A program made the translations under genes and the position numbers. From contig JBBPEB010000034.1 in the NCBI GenBank assembly GCA_039096225.1, forward strand, positions 496,001 through 560,000: a stretch of DNA of 64,000 nucleotides, given 5' to 3'. Source of the stretch: Blastocystis sp. Blastoise (lineage: Eukaryota; Protista; Bigyra: Opalinata). Positions 30,283 through 43,697 of this stretch are shown piece after piece. The notes below the pieces were generated by a model. The model did not search any database, was not told the origin of the DNA, and was given only the letters and a program-made list of their open reading frames with translations. Each line of letters starts with the position of its first letter. Within the stretch, counting starts at the first letter, position 1.

Positions 30283-30838
30283 TATTATTATTTTATTTTT
30301 ATATCCATTTATTTATTTATATTTATTTTTAATTTTTTAATATATATTTTTTTCTCATTTTTTCTTTTTTATATATTATATGTTTTCTTTTTCCTATTTT
30401 TTCTATACAATTTTTTTCACTTTTTATATTATTCTTTCTATTGCACATTTACATTTATTTATTTTCAAGTTTCATTGCTATATATTATCTTGTCATTCAT
30501 TATTTATGTGCATTTCAAAAATAGTTTAAGTTGCATTTTTTAAAAATTCTTGTTTCTTTTTCAATTATTATCATATTTGTAATTCTTGTATATGTTATAT
30601 ATATTAATTATTGTATCTTTCATTTTTTAAATATTGCTTTAATACCTTTAAAACTATAGTATTCAGTTATTAGTATTGTTTTGGATTTTTAATAATGAAA
30701 GGTTTTATTTTTATAAAACTAAACATTTTGAATATAAAGAGATAATATTCATACTAATAAAACACATATAATTAGCACATAATTATAATTAAAAATCACA
30801 ATTTAAATAATACTCTAGATACATATACATATATTCAT

Positions 30839-32011
30839 TTAATTATTTATATTTTGAATGTCATATAAATTATGCCATATTTCCATTTGATCTAAAACTC
30901 CATTTTCAACTTCTTCAACATCATCAGGTATCTCACGTAAACAGCAAGATATATAATGACAACATATTACAATTATTGGATAGATATATATAAAGTATGA
31001 ATTTGTAGAATATTCATTTTTATATCTATATATTAGAATTTTTATAGCATAATATAATAGAGTATTATGTATATTGAATAAAAGAGAGTAATAAACAGAA
31101 GAACTATTATATATATATATATTATACATATCATTATCCATAAGCATAAATATTTGTTGAAGACATAAACAGACAGAAGTAATTGTATCCTTATATAATA
31201 AAGCAATAGACATTAACTTATTTTCACTCAATTTACTAAATTCATCTATATATGGAATTGTTGTTATTATTATTATGTTTATTATTATGTTTATTATTAT
31301 GTTTATTATTATTATCACTATGTTTATTATTATGATGTTTATTATTATAATTAATATATAATATACATAATTTAAATAAGTTATTTATATAAAACATAAA
31401 GATATACATAATATCATATACAATATACATCTGATAAATAATAATAATAATATATATATATATATATATACTTTTACTTTCAGATTCAACACTATTTCCA
31501 AGTTCTGTAATTATATATATCATTATATTTAAGCATAACTATATATATATAAAGATATAAATTAATACTTTATAAGTATACTGGAATTAAAATATTCACG
31601 GGAGAATTTAAATCAAATTTACATGGCAGTAATTTATTAAAGACATTATTATTATTATCATTATTTATTATATATATATATAAAATTATGGAAAAAAAAG
31701 AATTAAAAAAAAAAGATATAATTCTGTAAGAAAGGTTCAACTATGTCTCTGGAACAGTATTCCAATTGTGTTCTGACTTCAATAGAGGCAACTGATATAA
31801 TTAGAGTAAGAAATGTGCCATATGTCTTTTCATCACGTATAATTTCAAATAGCCAATGATATTGATATTTATCAATTAATATATTAATAACTTCATAAGA
31901 AAGGATAGTAAGGTTTGTAGGTATCTGACTTCTTAATATACGATAAAAAAATTGTTTTAATCGTATTAACCAACTTTCTCTTCCTTTTCCTTGTAATATT
32001 ACTATATATAT

Positions 32012-32042
<31 letters not shown>

Positions 32043-33704
32043 TATTATTATTATATATTATTATATATTATTATATATATACAGTCATGATCAATAATAT
32101 TATAAATTAATTGAAGAAAATAATACTGTAATTGACCTTTTGTCTTTTGTAAATATCTATAAAGCAATATATATATATATATATATAAAATAACATAAAA
32201 TAGCATAAAATAAAATATAATAACATATAATAACATATAATAACATATAATAACATATAATAACATATAATAACAAATATAACATATAATAACATATAAT
32301 AACATATAATAACATATATAACATATATAACATATATAACATATATATAACATATATATAACATATAATAACACATATATATATACTTCGTTAAGGAGTC
32401 CAGTATAATTAGATTAATAGGATTTAATGATGAGTTCGAAGTCGATATAACTAACTGTGTCAAATAATCATATATACTAAAACATAGGAAAACAATCAAT
32501 AGTATAGATTATTATTAATATATATGTATACTGTATTATATAATTTTCAATATCTTTTTTTAACGTTAATTTCTCACTAGGTAATTGAAATCTATTGATA
32601 TCATCTTTATTATTATTATCTTCTTCTTCATCATCATCATCATCATCATTTAAGGAGAATCCCTTTATTGTCTTCTTTTCTTTCTGTTCGTTCATTTTCT
32701 TATTATAAATCTCTTGCTGTTCTTTCATATATGCCATAAATGTTTCTTTTGTTAAATTTGTTTTTATAGTATCACTATTTTCTGGTTCTTTATCATTATA
32801 TTCATTCTCTGCTTTTTTATATTGTTTCTTTTTTTCTTCTTCTTTTTCTTTTTTTCTCTTAATATCCAGTTTTGCTTGTTCTATATATAATTGTTCTTCA
32901 TCTGTTTCTAATAGAGATAATTCATCACAAGAAGAAGAAATAGTATCTAATAATAAAACAATATATTCAGATTTCATATCACACTATACATAAATATAAT
33001 ATAAAATAAAGGTATTTAATAATAGATAAAATATATTTATGAAATAAAGGGATTAATAATAAATAAAATATATTTATAAAATATATAAATAAAAACATAT
33101 ATAAAATTATATATATATATAAAAAAGAAAAAAATATTTATAAAAATGCATACAATATCCATTTTTAGATGACTTATAATAAATAGAAGATGATTTTTAG
33201 ATTCATAAGATTTCAATAAAGGGAATAAATAAATTAAACTATCATATACTTCTTGCAATTCATTACAAACTTCCTTGTTTTCACATAATCTAGAGTCATA
33301 GGTACATAGATATTAAGAAAAGTATTCTATGGCACATACACATAAAGTAATGAAATTGCCAGTTGTTGATACTCAGATAAATCAGTAGCACCATCTTTAA
33401 TTTTGAGTAATTTCTTTATGAATTTTGTTGAAAGAGCTTCGTAAATAAGTAACGCTAAATTTATTGAATATTGATATAGTTAATATAATAAATAAAAGAT
33501 ACATTGGTCGCTTGACAACACATTTGGATTTCCTTTCTCATCCTAAATATAAAATATATTGTTTATTTGATGTTTTATATCAAATCAATTACAAATTACC
33601 TTCGAATTTAAGTATTTTACAATGAGCATTAAGCCAGCTATTTTATTTTCATTTGTTTTTTGCTTTAAAATATCTATATAGCCATCCAATGTATCTTTAG
33701 ACAT
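30839..33704 (-). CDS. Neurochondrin-like ARM-repeat protein (~10 introns including one AT-AC)
   Basis: LDGYIDILKQKTNENKIAGLMLIVK...IYEALSTKFIKKLL; FLTLIISVASIEVRTQLE; CCHYISCCLREI match the neurochondrin pattern from memory. Confidence 0.65.
31629..31719 (-). other. U12-type AT-AC intron
   Basis: Minus strand 5' ATATCTTTT, branch-like GTCTTTAAT, 3' AAATTAC; removal gives FLQN-L-PCKFDLNSP in frame. Confidence 0.85.
32190..32372. repeat. Intronic AACATAT(A/AAT) 9-10-mer tandem repeat
   Basis: Repeated TAACATATAA units; source of the spurious YYMLLYVIIC ORFs. Confidence 0.85.
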
Positions 33705-34966
33705 TTTATATCTATTCTATTAACAAAATATTCTAAAAAGAAAAAATAGAAAAATTGTTGTCGTTTTTATAAAAATATATACTGTAGTTATTAATTGATG
33801 TAGAATAATGTAAATTCTGGATAAAAATATTTTTGATTACACAAGTGTATAATATACATATTGCATAACAATTCATGATTTATGCCCACAATTGGATTCA
33901 TGATCTCATTTTTATAATGTCTATTCTTAAATCATATCATTATGCTGTATATAAAAATAATATGTGAAGATATATAAAACATAAATATATGTATATTTCT
34001 TCACATGAAGTGTTTTTTTGAAACTAAATATGTTAGTTATGATTTCTATACCTTAGGAAAATATTTAAAAACCATTGACAGTATTAATTAATATCTGTTG
34101 ACGCATATCTAAGCTCATTCTCTCTTCGTGTTTGGCTATTTCATTATTTTAAGGAAACGACTATTCTGTTAATCAATAGAGAGAAACAAGCATTCTTCAT
34201 CAGAATAATAATAGCCACATAATATTAATTAGAAACGACAGATTTCATCATTTCTTTAGAGTCTAGTCTAAGAAATAATCAATATATTGTTTAACTTAGA
34301 TTATAATTCTTATTGATATATTTCTAAATAGTTTATAAAGCAATAATGATCAATTTTAAATTCATCAGAACATTTATTTTTATCCCCAATCGTCTCATAA
34401 AATGTAGAATCATTCAGTGGCTCTTTTAATTATTCAAAACGCTTTGCATAGCATTAAATGATAATAATAAAACTGTCTCATGTCTTAACAAAGAACAGCA
34501 ATAAAATTTAAAAAAAAAAAACACGGTAATGTTGATTCGAATAGGATGAATTTCGATTTTTCAGCAAAAATAATAGAATAACATGAGACCATTCAATCCA
34601 TGAATATATTTCAATCTGATTGGATAATTCCAGAATAGGTCTGTTTGGTGTTTTAATCATCATCTTCTTTATGATTGGTTCATTTGAATGCTATCGTCTT
34701 CTTAGAAGCTCGTATCCAATCATTTCTTTTAGTTTCTTCCTTTTTTAGGAGGTGCTTGATCAAGTGTTTCAAAGGGACTTGATTTCTTATCCTACCCTTA
34801 CTAAGCCGATATAAACCGTGGTTATTGCGAATTTTCTACGTAATACAAAGAACTGTTTTTTTTATATACAGAACTATCAAGCACTGGCTACACTTTTTTT
34901 ATATTCTTATTAATTAGAATTCAGTCATCATTTTTCTACTTTCAAGCGCCCTTCTTTTAACTATTA

Positions 34967-37900
34967 ATGAATATATTCGATTCTTTATTGTTTAGATATA
35001 TTTGCTTATTGAGTCTATTCATCGGATCAAGTATTTTTTAACGTGTTCTACATTTAATTTTTATATATTTTATTTTTATAGATGCTTTTCCACAATTTTT
35101 CAGGTCTGCTGCTTCTCCAATCACTCTATATGCTTCAGGAGTGCTTCAGGTAGAACAAGTTGATACTTATCCTAATCATGTTGAAATTACGACTTCTTTT
35201 TCTGCTACTGGTACTGTTTGGTGTATTGTTCAGAATAAGGAAACACCTGAGCCTCAAGAAAACACTGTAAAGGATCATGGTGTTGAAGCTTCTGTAACTG
35301 CTAATGTCGAAGCTATTCTTGTATCCAAGAGTTTAAACAGTAATACTGAATATAATATTTATTGCTATGCAGAAACAAATACAGAGACTCCTATGACGAA
35401 TAGTATTGCTTCTACTAAAAAAACAGTCCAAACTCAAGATGGTACGTATTTTTTTTATAATTTTTCATATTTTTTAAAGTATAATGATTTTTTATCATTG
35501 TTAATTTTTATAAATATATCTATATTTATATTATTCTAAGTATCTTTTTAAAAAATTTATAAGAATATTGTTATTAAGTAACTAAAAATTAATATAAATG
35601 ATTATAAATTAATAAAAATTATTATAAATTATTATAGATTCATATAATTCTATATATATTTTCTATATAGTAACAAATGCTCCTTTTATGTTTATTGATA
35701 ATATAGATGCTGCTAGTTATGCTTTGACTATAAGTGTCTTAGCTTCTGAACCGGGTAAAGCTTTTTGTTTAATAAATAATATGAATACACCTGTTCCTTC
35801 TTATTATACATTAATTCATACAGGTAAAACAAATACTATTTCTTCTACTTATGAAAGTACTAGTATGTATTTTGATAATTTAAATTCAGAAACTTCTTAT
35901 AATGTTTATTGTATATTTGAATCTACTAGTGGTATCTATCAAAGAGGTAGTTTAGATAAAATAATGAAAATTGGTAAGACAGCTGAAGCTCCTACTTCTG
36001 TAGGTGTATTAGTATTACAAATAGTATTATGTGTACTATTAGTATGTATGTCTGGTATGTTTTCAGGGTTAAATCTTGGATTAATGGGATTAGATGTAAA
36101 TTCATTAAAAATGATTTCTGAATCTAATGTTAATGAAATTGTAGGTACTGATATTAATGATAATGAAGTTAAAGAAATGATGAAACAAAAAGAATATGCT
36201 AAAGTCGTTGGTCCTGTAAGACAACAAGGAAATTTATTATTAGTTACTTTATTAGTGGGTAATGTCATGGTCAATTCATTAATTTCTATTTTATCTGCTG
36301 ATTTTACTAGTGGTGTTTGGGGTTTTATTATTTCTACTGTGTTTATTACTACATTTGGTGAAATTGTTCCTCAAGCTGTTTGTTCACGTTATGGTTTATT
36401 ATTTGGAGCTAAAACCATTTGGTATACGAAGTTCCTTATATATTTATTATGGATTATTTGTAAACCTATTTCAATGCTTTTAGATTGTGTTTTAGGTGAA
36501 GAAATTGGTAATATATATAATCGTTGGCAATTATATAGTATGTTTGAATTATATAAAGGAAAGAATAAATTTGGTGAAGAGACTATATCTACTATTCAAG
36601 GTGCTTTATCAATGGATACTGCTAAGATTAGTGTAGCTAGTACTCCTATAGATCAAGTATATATGTTAGCCTATAGTCAAATATTAGATCAAAATACATG
36701 CTTAGAAATATTCACAAAAGGTTATAGTCGTATTCCTATATATAAAGATACACGTTCAAATATAGTTGGTATATTATATGTAAAAGATTTGATTTTAGTA
36801 GATCCTCATGAGAAATTACCAATTTCCACATTATTACAATTATTTAATCGTCCTTTTATATCTCTTGATGAAAATACAAATATAGCTACAGCTCTTAAGG
36901 AGATGACTAATCATTATGTTGGTATGTGTATATTAACCAAGATAATAGAAGTACCAGGTAAAGATAATGATATAGTTATTGATGGTATTGTAACTATGGA
37001 AGATTTAATAGAGAAAGTGTTAATGATGGATTTAAATGATGAAACAGACGCTCCTGCTATGGATATTATTACGAAGAGTAATAAAACAATTGAACATTTC
37101 TTTGATACTATGCAAATTGCTAATATAGATAAAGATTTATTAACTATTATAGAAACATTTTTACATAATGCTATAAGAAGAAGTGGTTATGAAGTTGATC
37201 AAATGACAGTTGAACAATTAATTAAAAAAGGTGAATTAAAACGAATTCAAGCTTCAAATATACCTTTATATACATATAATGAACATTGTGATTTCTGTAC
37301 TATATTATTAGAAGGTTTAGTGGAATGTGAAATTGGTAAAGATAAAATATTATCCGAAAAATCTAGATTTACAGTTCTTGGATTTAGAGCTTTAATTGAA
37401 TCTAATTATATGTATATATTTTTTATTATTATAATTTTATTATATATTTATTATATATTTATTATATATTTATTATAATTTTATTATATATTTATTATTT
37501 TTTTTATTATATATTTATTATCATTTATTATATATTTATTATATTTTTATTATATAACTATAATATATGTATATTATATTTCGGATATGACTGTGAAGAT
37601 TAAGGAAGTTGTTATAACTGATTTTATTACTCAAAAGAGTAAAGGATATGTGAAAGATGCACTTGTTCTTATTATTCCTAAATCGTATATATATAATTAA
37701 TGAATAGATATTTTCTTATTTTATATATTCAATGTCTCTATACATATATAATGAATAGATATTTTCTTATTCTATATATTCGATATTTCTATACAAATAT
37801 AATTAATAATAAATCAATAACATATTATATCTATTTATTTAGTGTTGCTGATGGTTTATCCTTATCAACTCGTTTAACTGAATATACAGGTGAAGTTATA

Positions 37901-38050
37901 GCTGCTATTCCTCGTTCAACTACGACTCATTTTCGTAAAGGATCTTTAACGAATTCTGTTGCTACTCAAACACAATCTATTGTTCCTACTACAGATGTTC
38001 ATATTGATATTAAACCATTTGATGTTGATATTTCAAATCAAAAGAATTAA
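34967..38050 (+). CDS. CNNM/CorB-family Mg2+ transporter (signal peptide, two similar extracellular beta-rich modules, DUF21, CBS pair, CNBH)
   Basis: SGMFSGLNLGLMGLD; NLLLVTLLVGNVMVN; FGEIVPQAVCSRYGL; GYSRIPIY; GILYVKDL; GIVTMEDLIE; CDFCTILLEG. Confidence 0.92.
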
Positions 38051-38608
38051 TAAGTTGTGTGAGGATCATTCATCATAATGATTATTAATAAAGTTTTCAT
38101 ATATAAAATAATATTGATAAAGTTATTTATATATTGTATCCTAGCTTCAACAAAACTATTTGATATTTTAGTTCTATTATTTTTCTCTTTTTCATTATTT
38201 TTCTATTAATTTCATTCATTCATTTATATAAGAATTACATTCCTATAATTTATCTATTTCTTGTTTTTCTTACAACAGTTATATTCATATGTTGTTTCTT
38301 TATTTTTATATATGGGTTTTTGTTTGTATTTAAAATTTATCAATTTTTTTTTCATCATAAAGTTAAAAAAAATGTTTTAAGAATATTATTTGATTTGATT
38401 TTAATAAAATTTATTAAAGGTAATGAACAATAATCAACAAAAAGGAAAGTAATTATTATTTACATATTTATATAGCAAGTGAATATATATATATCCAGAA
38501 AAAAAAATGTAATATAATATATATATATACAAGAAACGGATGAGATATTAAAAAAAAATAATAGTAATATACAATCGATATATAGAAAGAATATATATAT
38601 ATATATAA

Positions 38609-40372
38609 TTAATTCATAGAATTCATAAGTTGATTTGCTTCTTGCATTTTTTGTTGAACCATTCCACTTTGAGAACCATTGACTTTTCCTTCTATATATA
38701 ATATTATTGAGTATATAATAATAATAATAAAATAATAATAATAATATAATAATATATAATAATAATAATAAAATAATAAACTTATAAATATACGTTGTAA
38801 ATCTTGTTGAACAGTATTAATAGCAGCCATAAGAATATTTTTAGCGATATTCTTATCCGAATTAGCAACTATTTTAGCTTGATCAATATATACACTAATA
38901 AGCTTTAAAGAATCTTGAATAGAGAAATCAGTGTTTTGAACAGATTTATTATCACCAACATGGCTCTTATAATTATTTAATGAAGTTGAAGACATAGGTT
39001 GATTTGTAGCTGGAGAAGTATTTAAATTTAAAACGGATTGAGGTACAGACATATAACTATTCATATTACCATTCATATTATTATTATTATTATTCATATT
39101 ATTATTCATATTATTATTATTATTATAAGGTTGATTAGGAGAAGAAGTACTATTCATATCTACATATATATAAATATTAATAATAAAATGAATAATAAAT
39201 AAATTAATTAATAAGTAAATAATAAATAAATACTATTATTAAAATTATTATTTGAAAATAAATTATTAGATTGACCAGGAATAGGATTTGGATAATTATT
39301 ATTATTATTCATATTATTATTATTATTCATATTATTATTATTCATATTATTATTATTATTATTATTATTCATATTATTATAAGTAGAGTTATTTGCTAAA
39401 AATCCAAGAGTAGGGATTTCAGGTGCATTAAGAGGATTTAAGGTAGTTTGAAGATTCGGAACAAGATTGCTAAATTGACTATTAACAGTAGGTTTATAAT
39501 CATTATTAAATGGTTGTATATTAGGATAATCAGAAGAAGCAGGAACAGTAAATTGCATATTATTATTATTATTCATAGAAAAATTCATTTCAGAAGTTTG
39601 TTCTGAAGGAATATTACCCATAGGAATAGTTCCCGCGGGAATATTCATATTCATATTATTCATATTCATATTATTCATATTCATATTATTCATATTCATA
39701 CTCATATTAATGTTATTCATATTCATATTATTATTCATGTTCATACTCATATTCATATTATTATTATCTAAATGATCTGCAAGGGAAGGCATACTTCCAT
39801 TATTTACAGAATTTAAAAATCCTTTATAAGTTTTCATCTCACTAACTGCAGCAAAACTCATTTGCATCAATTTCTGAGCATTATCTATATCATATCTTGA
39901 AGCTATTTTCAATAATAACGCAGCTCTCGTATATCTTGCTATTAAACTATTCTATAAAGAATTTATAGTAATTTTAAAACATTAAAAAAAATATTGATAT
40001 ATAAAACAAACAAACAAACAAACAAACAACAAAATAAATAAATATATATACAGGATCAGCTCGTTTACTCTTATCATCTTTACGAACATCACCAAAATAA
40101 GTAATAGCATAATCTACGAATACTTTCTTACCAATATCATTACTAATATCTTTAATATGAGCTTTCATTTGTTCTAAATAATTTACTTGATCCTTAGCAA
40201 AGTTATTAATTTCAGGATCTTGAGTATTCTTGAAGATATCAATGGCTCTCTCACAGAAATATTGTCTACAGTAGAAAGCAGGAACGAAACGAGGAGGCTT
40301 TTCATTTTCTAAATCACATGCAAGAGTCAAATAACTCTTAATATTTTCAAGACCTTTAGGAAAATCTTCCAT
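38609..40372 (-). CDS. VTA1: VTA1/LIP5-like ESCRT cofactor (N-terminal MIT domains, Asn/Met-rich linker); 3 introns
   Basis: LENIKSYLTLACDLE...PAFYCRQY...LEQMK...YAITYFGDVRKDDK matches the Vta1 N-terminus. Confidence 0.75.
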
Positions 40373-40801
40373 TTCTAAACAATATTATCAAACTATAAAA
40401 CTCTATAATAAATAAAGAACTAGTTATTCTTTAAAATATACTTTTGTATTCTCGTTTTTATTAAAAAACAAGGAAACTGTACTATCTAAACTGTATAGAA
40501 ATATTAAATAAAAAAACTGATTCTCTATGTTTATCATGATTTTTATTATAACTTTTCTTTTTATTTTATTTTTTTCAAGTTATTCTAAAATTATGTAATG
40601 ATTCATTGTTATATTGATATGATAATGACAAATTGCAAGGAAAATTTATTTAACGTATTCAATGTTTTAAAATAAAAATAAAAATTGAAAAGTTATTTAC
40701 ATTCTTTTCAAAATATAACGCTTTTAAAAAGGATTAACAAAAAAATAATTGTTGAAGAATTCAGTTGATAAGAAAAATAATATATAAAAAGAAATGCATT
40801 A

Positions 40802-43396
40802 CTATGAAGAATTAAAATCTTTGTTTTCTAGCACATAAAGACAATCTCTCATTTGAATTCCACGTTTAGAGAGACCTGAGAAACATATTTGATTGAAGAT
40901 ATAGGATATGTTGGGTAAATTCATGGTTTCAAAGAATTCATCGGTGACATTATTCGTTAGAATATACTTATAGGCAGCAAGTGATGTAGGATGCTCGTTT
41001 TTATCATATGTGAAGCGTTCATTATCTTCTAAATAACGTGATACACCTATACAGCAGTAAATTAAAATTTAAAAAAAAAAGAGAAAATACCTGTTTGAGC
41101 AGCATAATTATCAATATAAATAGGTTGTACATTAGATGAAAGAGGAGCTATACTTTGTAAATGTTGAAGTGCCATTCCACCAGGATAGTTATATATAGAT
41201 ATATATACCATAAATAATGTAAATAAAACACTATATAATATATATATATATAATTAAATTAAAATATATATATAGTGTAGTATGTTTAAATATGGATTGA
41301 AATTGTATATATAGATAATACCTAGCACATGTATATAAAGAAATTAGAATCGCGGGAATTGAAGACTTTTCACGTTGATTCCATAATCTTGATAATCCAA
41401 CTATATATATAAATGAATATAAAAATGTATTGTAAATAAAAAGAAAACTATAAATAATTATGGAGATTTATATTGATAAAAAAATGGCTATTATCTTTAT
41501 TATAATAATAAATATAGAATAATAATAAATATAGAATAATAATAAATGAAGAATAATAATAAATGAAGAATAATAATAAACATATATTATAATAAATGAA
41601 TAATAATAATAAATATATATAATAATAAATATAGAATAATGGTATACCAGCAGCAATACACGTAAGAGCAGGAAGAATTGGGAATATAAATCTTAATTCT
41701 TTATGAGGTAATATAGAATATAAGAGTATATAGATTCCTATAGGAATATAAATATCTTGAAGATATGGATCAATATGAAAGAAAGAAATAATTAATTTAT
41801 ATATATGTCGAATTATTATAGAGAATGAAGATTTATCAGTAGATTTAGGAGATTGAGGAGAAGATGAATCCCATAGTGATTCTATATATATATATATTCA
41901 ATCAATATTTTTTACATATTTCATAATTATTTTTTTTATATATAATTAAAAAAAAAAGTAATAAACATAATATATATTAATAAAAAGAATATATATATTA
42001 CATACTAATAGTATCTTTTGGTTTAATAAGTATATATACTAATATTGGGAATATGCCAAGAGGTATATAGAATAAAGAAGAGAATAAAGATCGAGGAATA
42101 GCAGAATAGAAATACCATAAATAAGGAGAAGTTCCCCAATTTGAAGATTTATTTAAATATGTATTATAATATAATACAGATAATTCTGGAATTAATGAAT
42201 AAGACCAAAAATAAGAATCTATTATATACTATATATAGAATAAATATTGAAATTCATCAAAAGAATAATGTTTATATAAATCATAAAAGTGTTAAAAATA
42301 GGAATATATTAACATATTTTTATTTATATAAATAGTTACAGAAATAAAACAAGAAACAAGAATCGTAGATCCTCCATATAAAATAGCTTTTCCCATGGTT
42401 ATTTTGGAGGTAAAAAGCATATAGATACCTAGAGGAGCTAAAAGAACTAGAACATCACATCGAAAGATAATAGAAGCACAAGTAAATAAATAAACCATAT
42501 ATTTATATTCCTATATATATATATATATAATATTTTTTATTATATAATCATCTATACTATATTATATTATATTTATTAAAAATATCTATATATTATATTG
42601 TATTTAATAAAATTATCTATATATTATATTGTATTTAATAAAATCATCTATACTATATTATATTATATTTATTAAAAATATCTATATATATATATTTATA
42701 TTCTTTATTTAAATAAGCTGCCCATCCAAAAGTTGTTAAAATTAATGCGAAAGAATTTGGAAGTGGTCGCGACATATAAAATAATAAATGAAATTGAAGA
42801 CATAATAAAAATGTAAAACATGTTCCTATATATATATATATTAATATTTATAATAAATAATTATATAAAAAAAATAATAATTATTTATTTATTATAAAAA
42901 TACCAGTAGAAGATTGATAATGTTTTTCTATAGCTTTTCTTAAAGATCTTAATGACAAATAATTTAGAAATGATAAGCATGCTCTCACAACTATATATTT
43001 CGATAAAATCATATATATATAAAGAAATTACTAAAACAAAATACCAATTAATGTAAAAAACTTAGGAAGATGAAAGTATTTTGAAAGAATAACATATGGA
43101 GAAGACATAAAACTATATGGTATAGAATATGAATCATGTGAAATACCTTAAGATGAGAGCGCCTATGAATGTACGAGGAACAACACCTGGAAATTCATTG
43201 TGATCATATTGGTTTATGTTTGAACCAAGATAGAGAATATCATGCGTAGCTTGAACATTGAAACTCTCTTCAACTTTTGTATAGGGTGCTAATAGAATCT
43301 ATTCAATTTACTCATTTATTTGATTTATTATTAATATACATAAATAAAAGATATAATAAAAATAGGTAAATCTTTAAATTGTGAAAATTGACTCAT
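40802..43396 (-). CDS. ALG12: Dol-P-Man alpha-1,6-mannosyltransferase ALG12 (10 introns)
   Basis: [16 protein letters not shown]; [16 protein letters not shown]; YMSRPLPN; IDSYFW; [10 protein letters not shown]; [11 protein letters not shown]; NYPGG; AAQTGVSRY. Confidence 0.96.
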
Positions 43397-43697
43397 AATG
43401 ATTTGAAATAGAAACTTAGTTTATTTTAATTTTCATTATGAGCTTTATAAAGAACATAGATAAGTATTGTAATTTAAATGAATCATCTAAAAATAAGTGA
43501 AGTCATTGTATTTCAAGTAATTGAAGATTAATTACTAAAAAAAAATTAAAAATATTATGTTAATTGAATAATGTTTCTAAAAGTGAACACAACGCAATTT
43601 CATTTTTTAAATTTTAATAACTAACACTTACACATAATATATAAAAATATATTATAATGTAGTATTTACAGAAAGAATGATAAAAATTTTAAACTAT

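Noticed and set aside
19324-31719. AT-AC introns as the same base-overwriting artefact
   Set aside because: The terminal C does not match the upstream exon end in any of the three, and they carry U12 donor and branch motifs.
42229-42339. Suspected fifth non-canonical ALG12 intron
   Set aside because: On re-reading, GTAACT..TATAG is canonical and in frame (FIS|YIIDSYFW).
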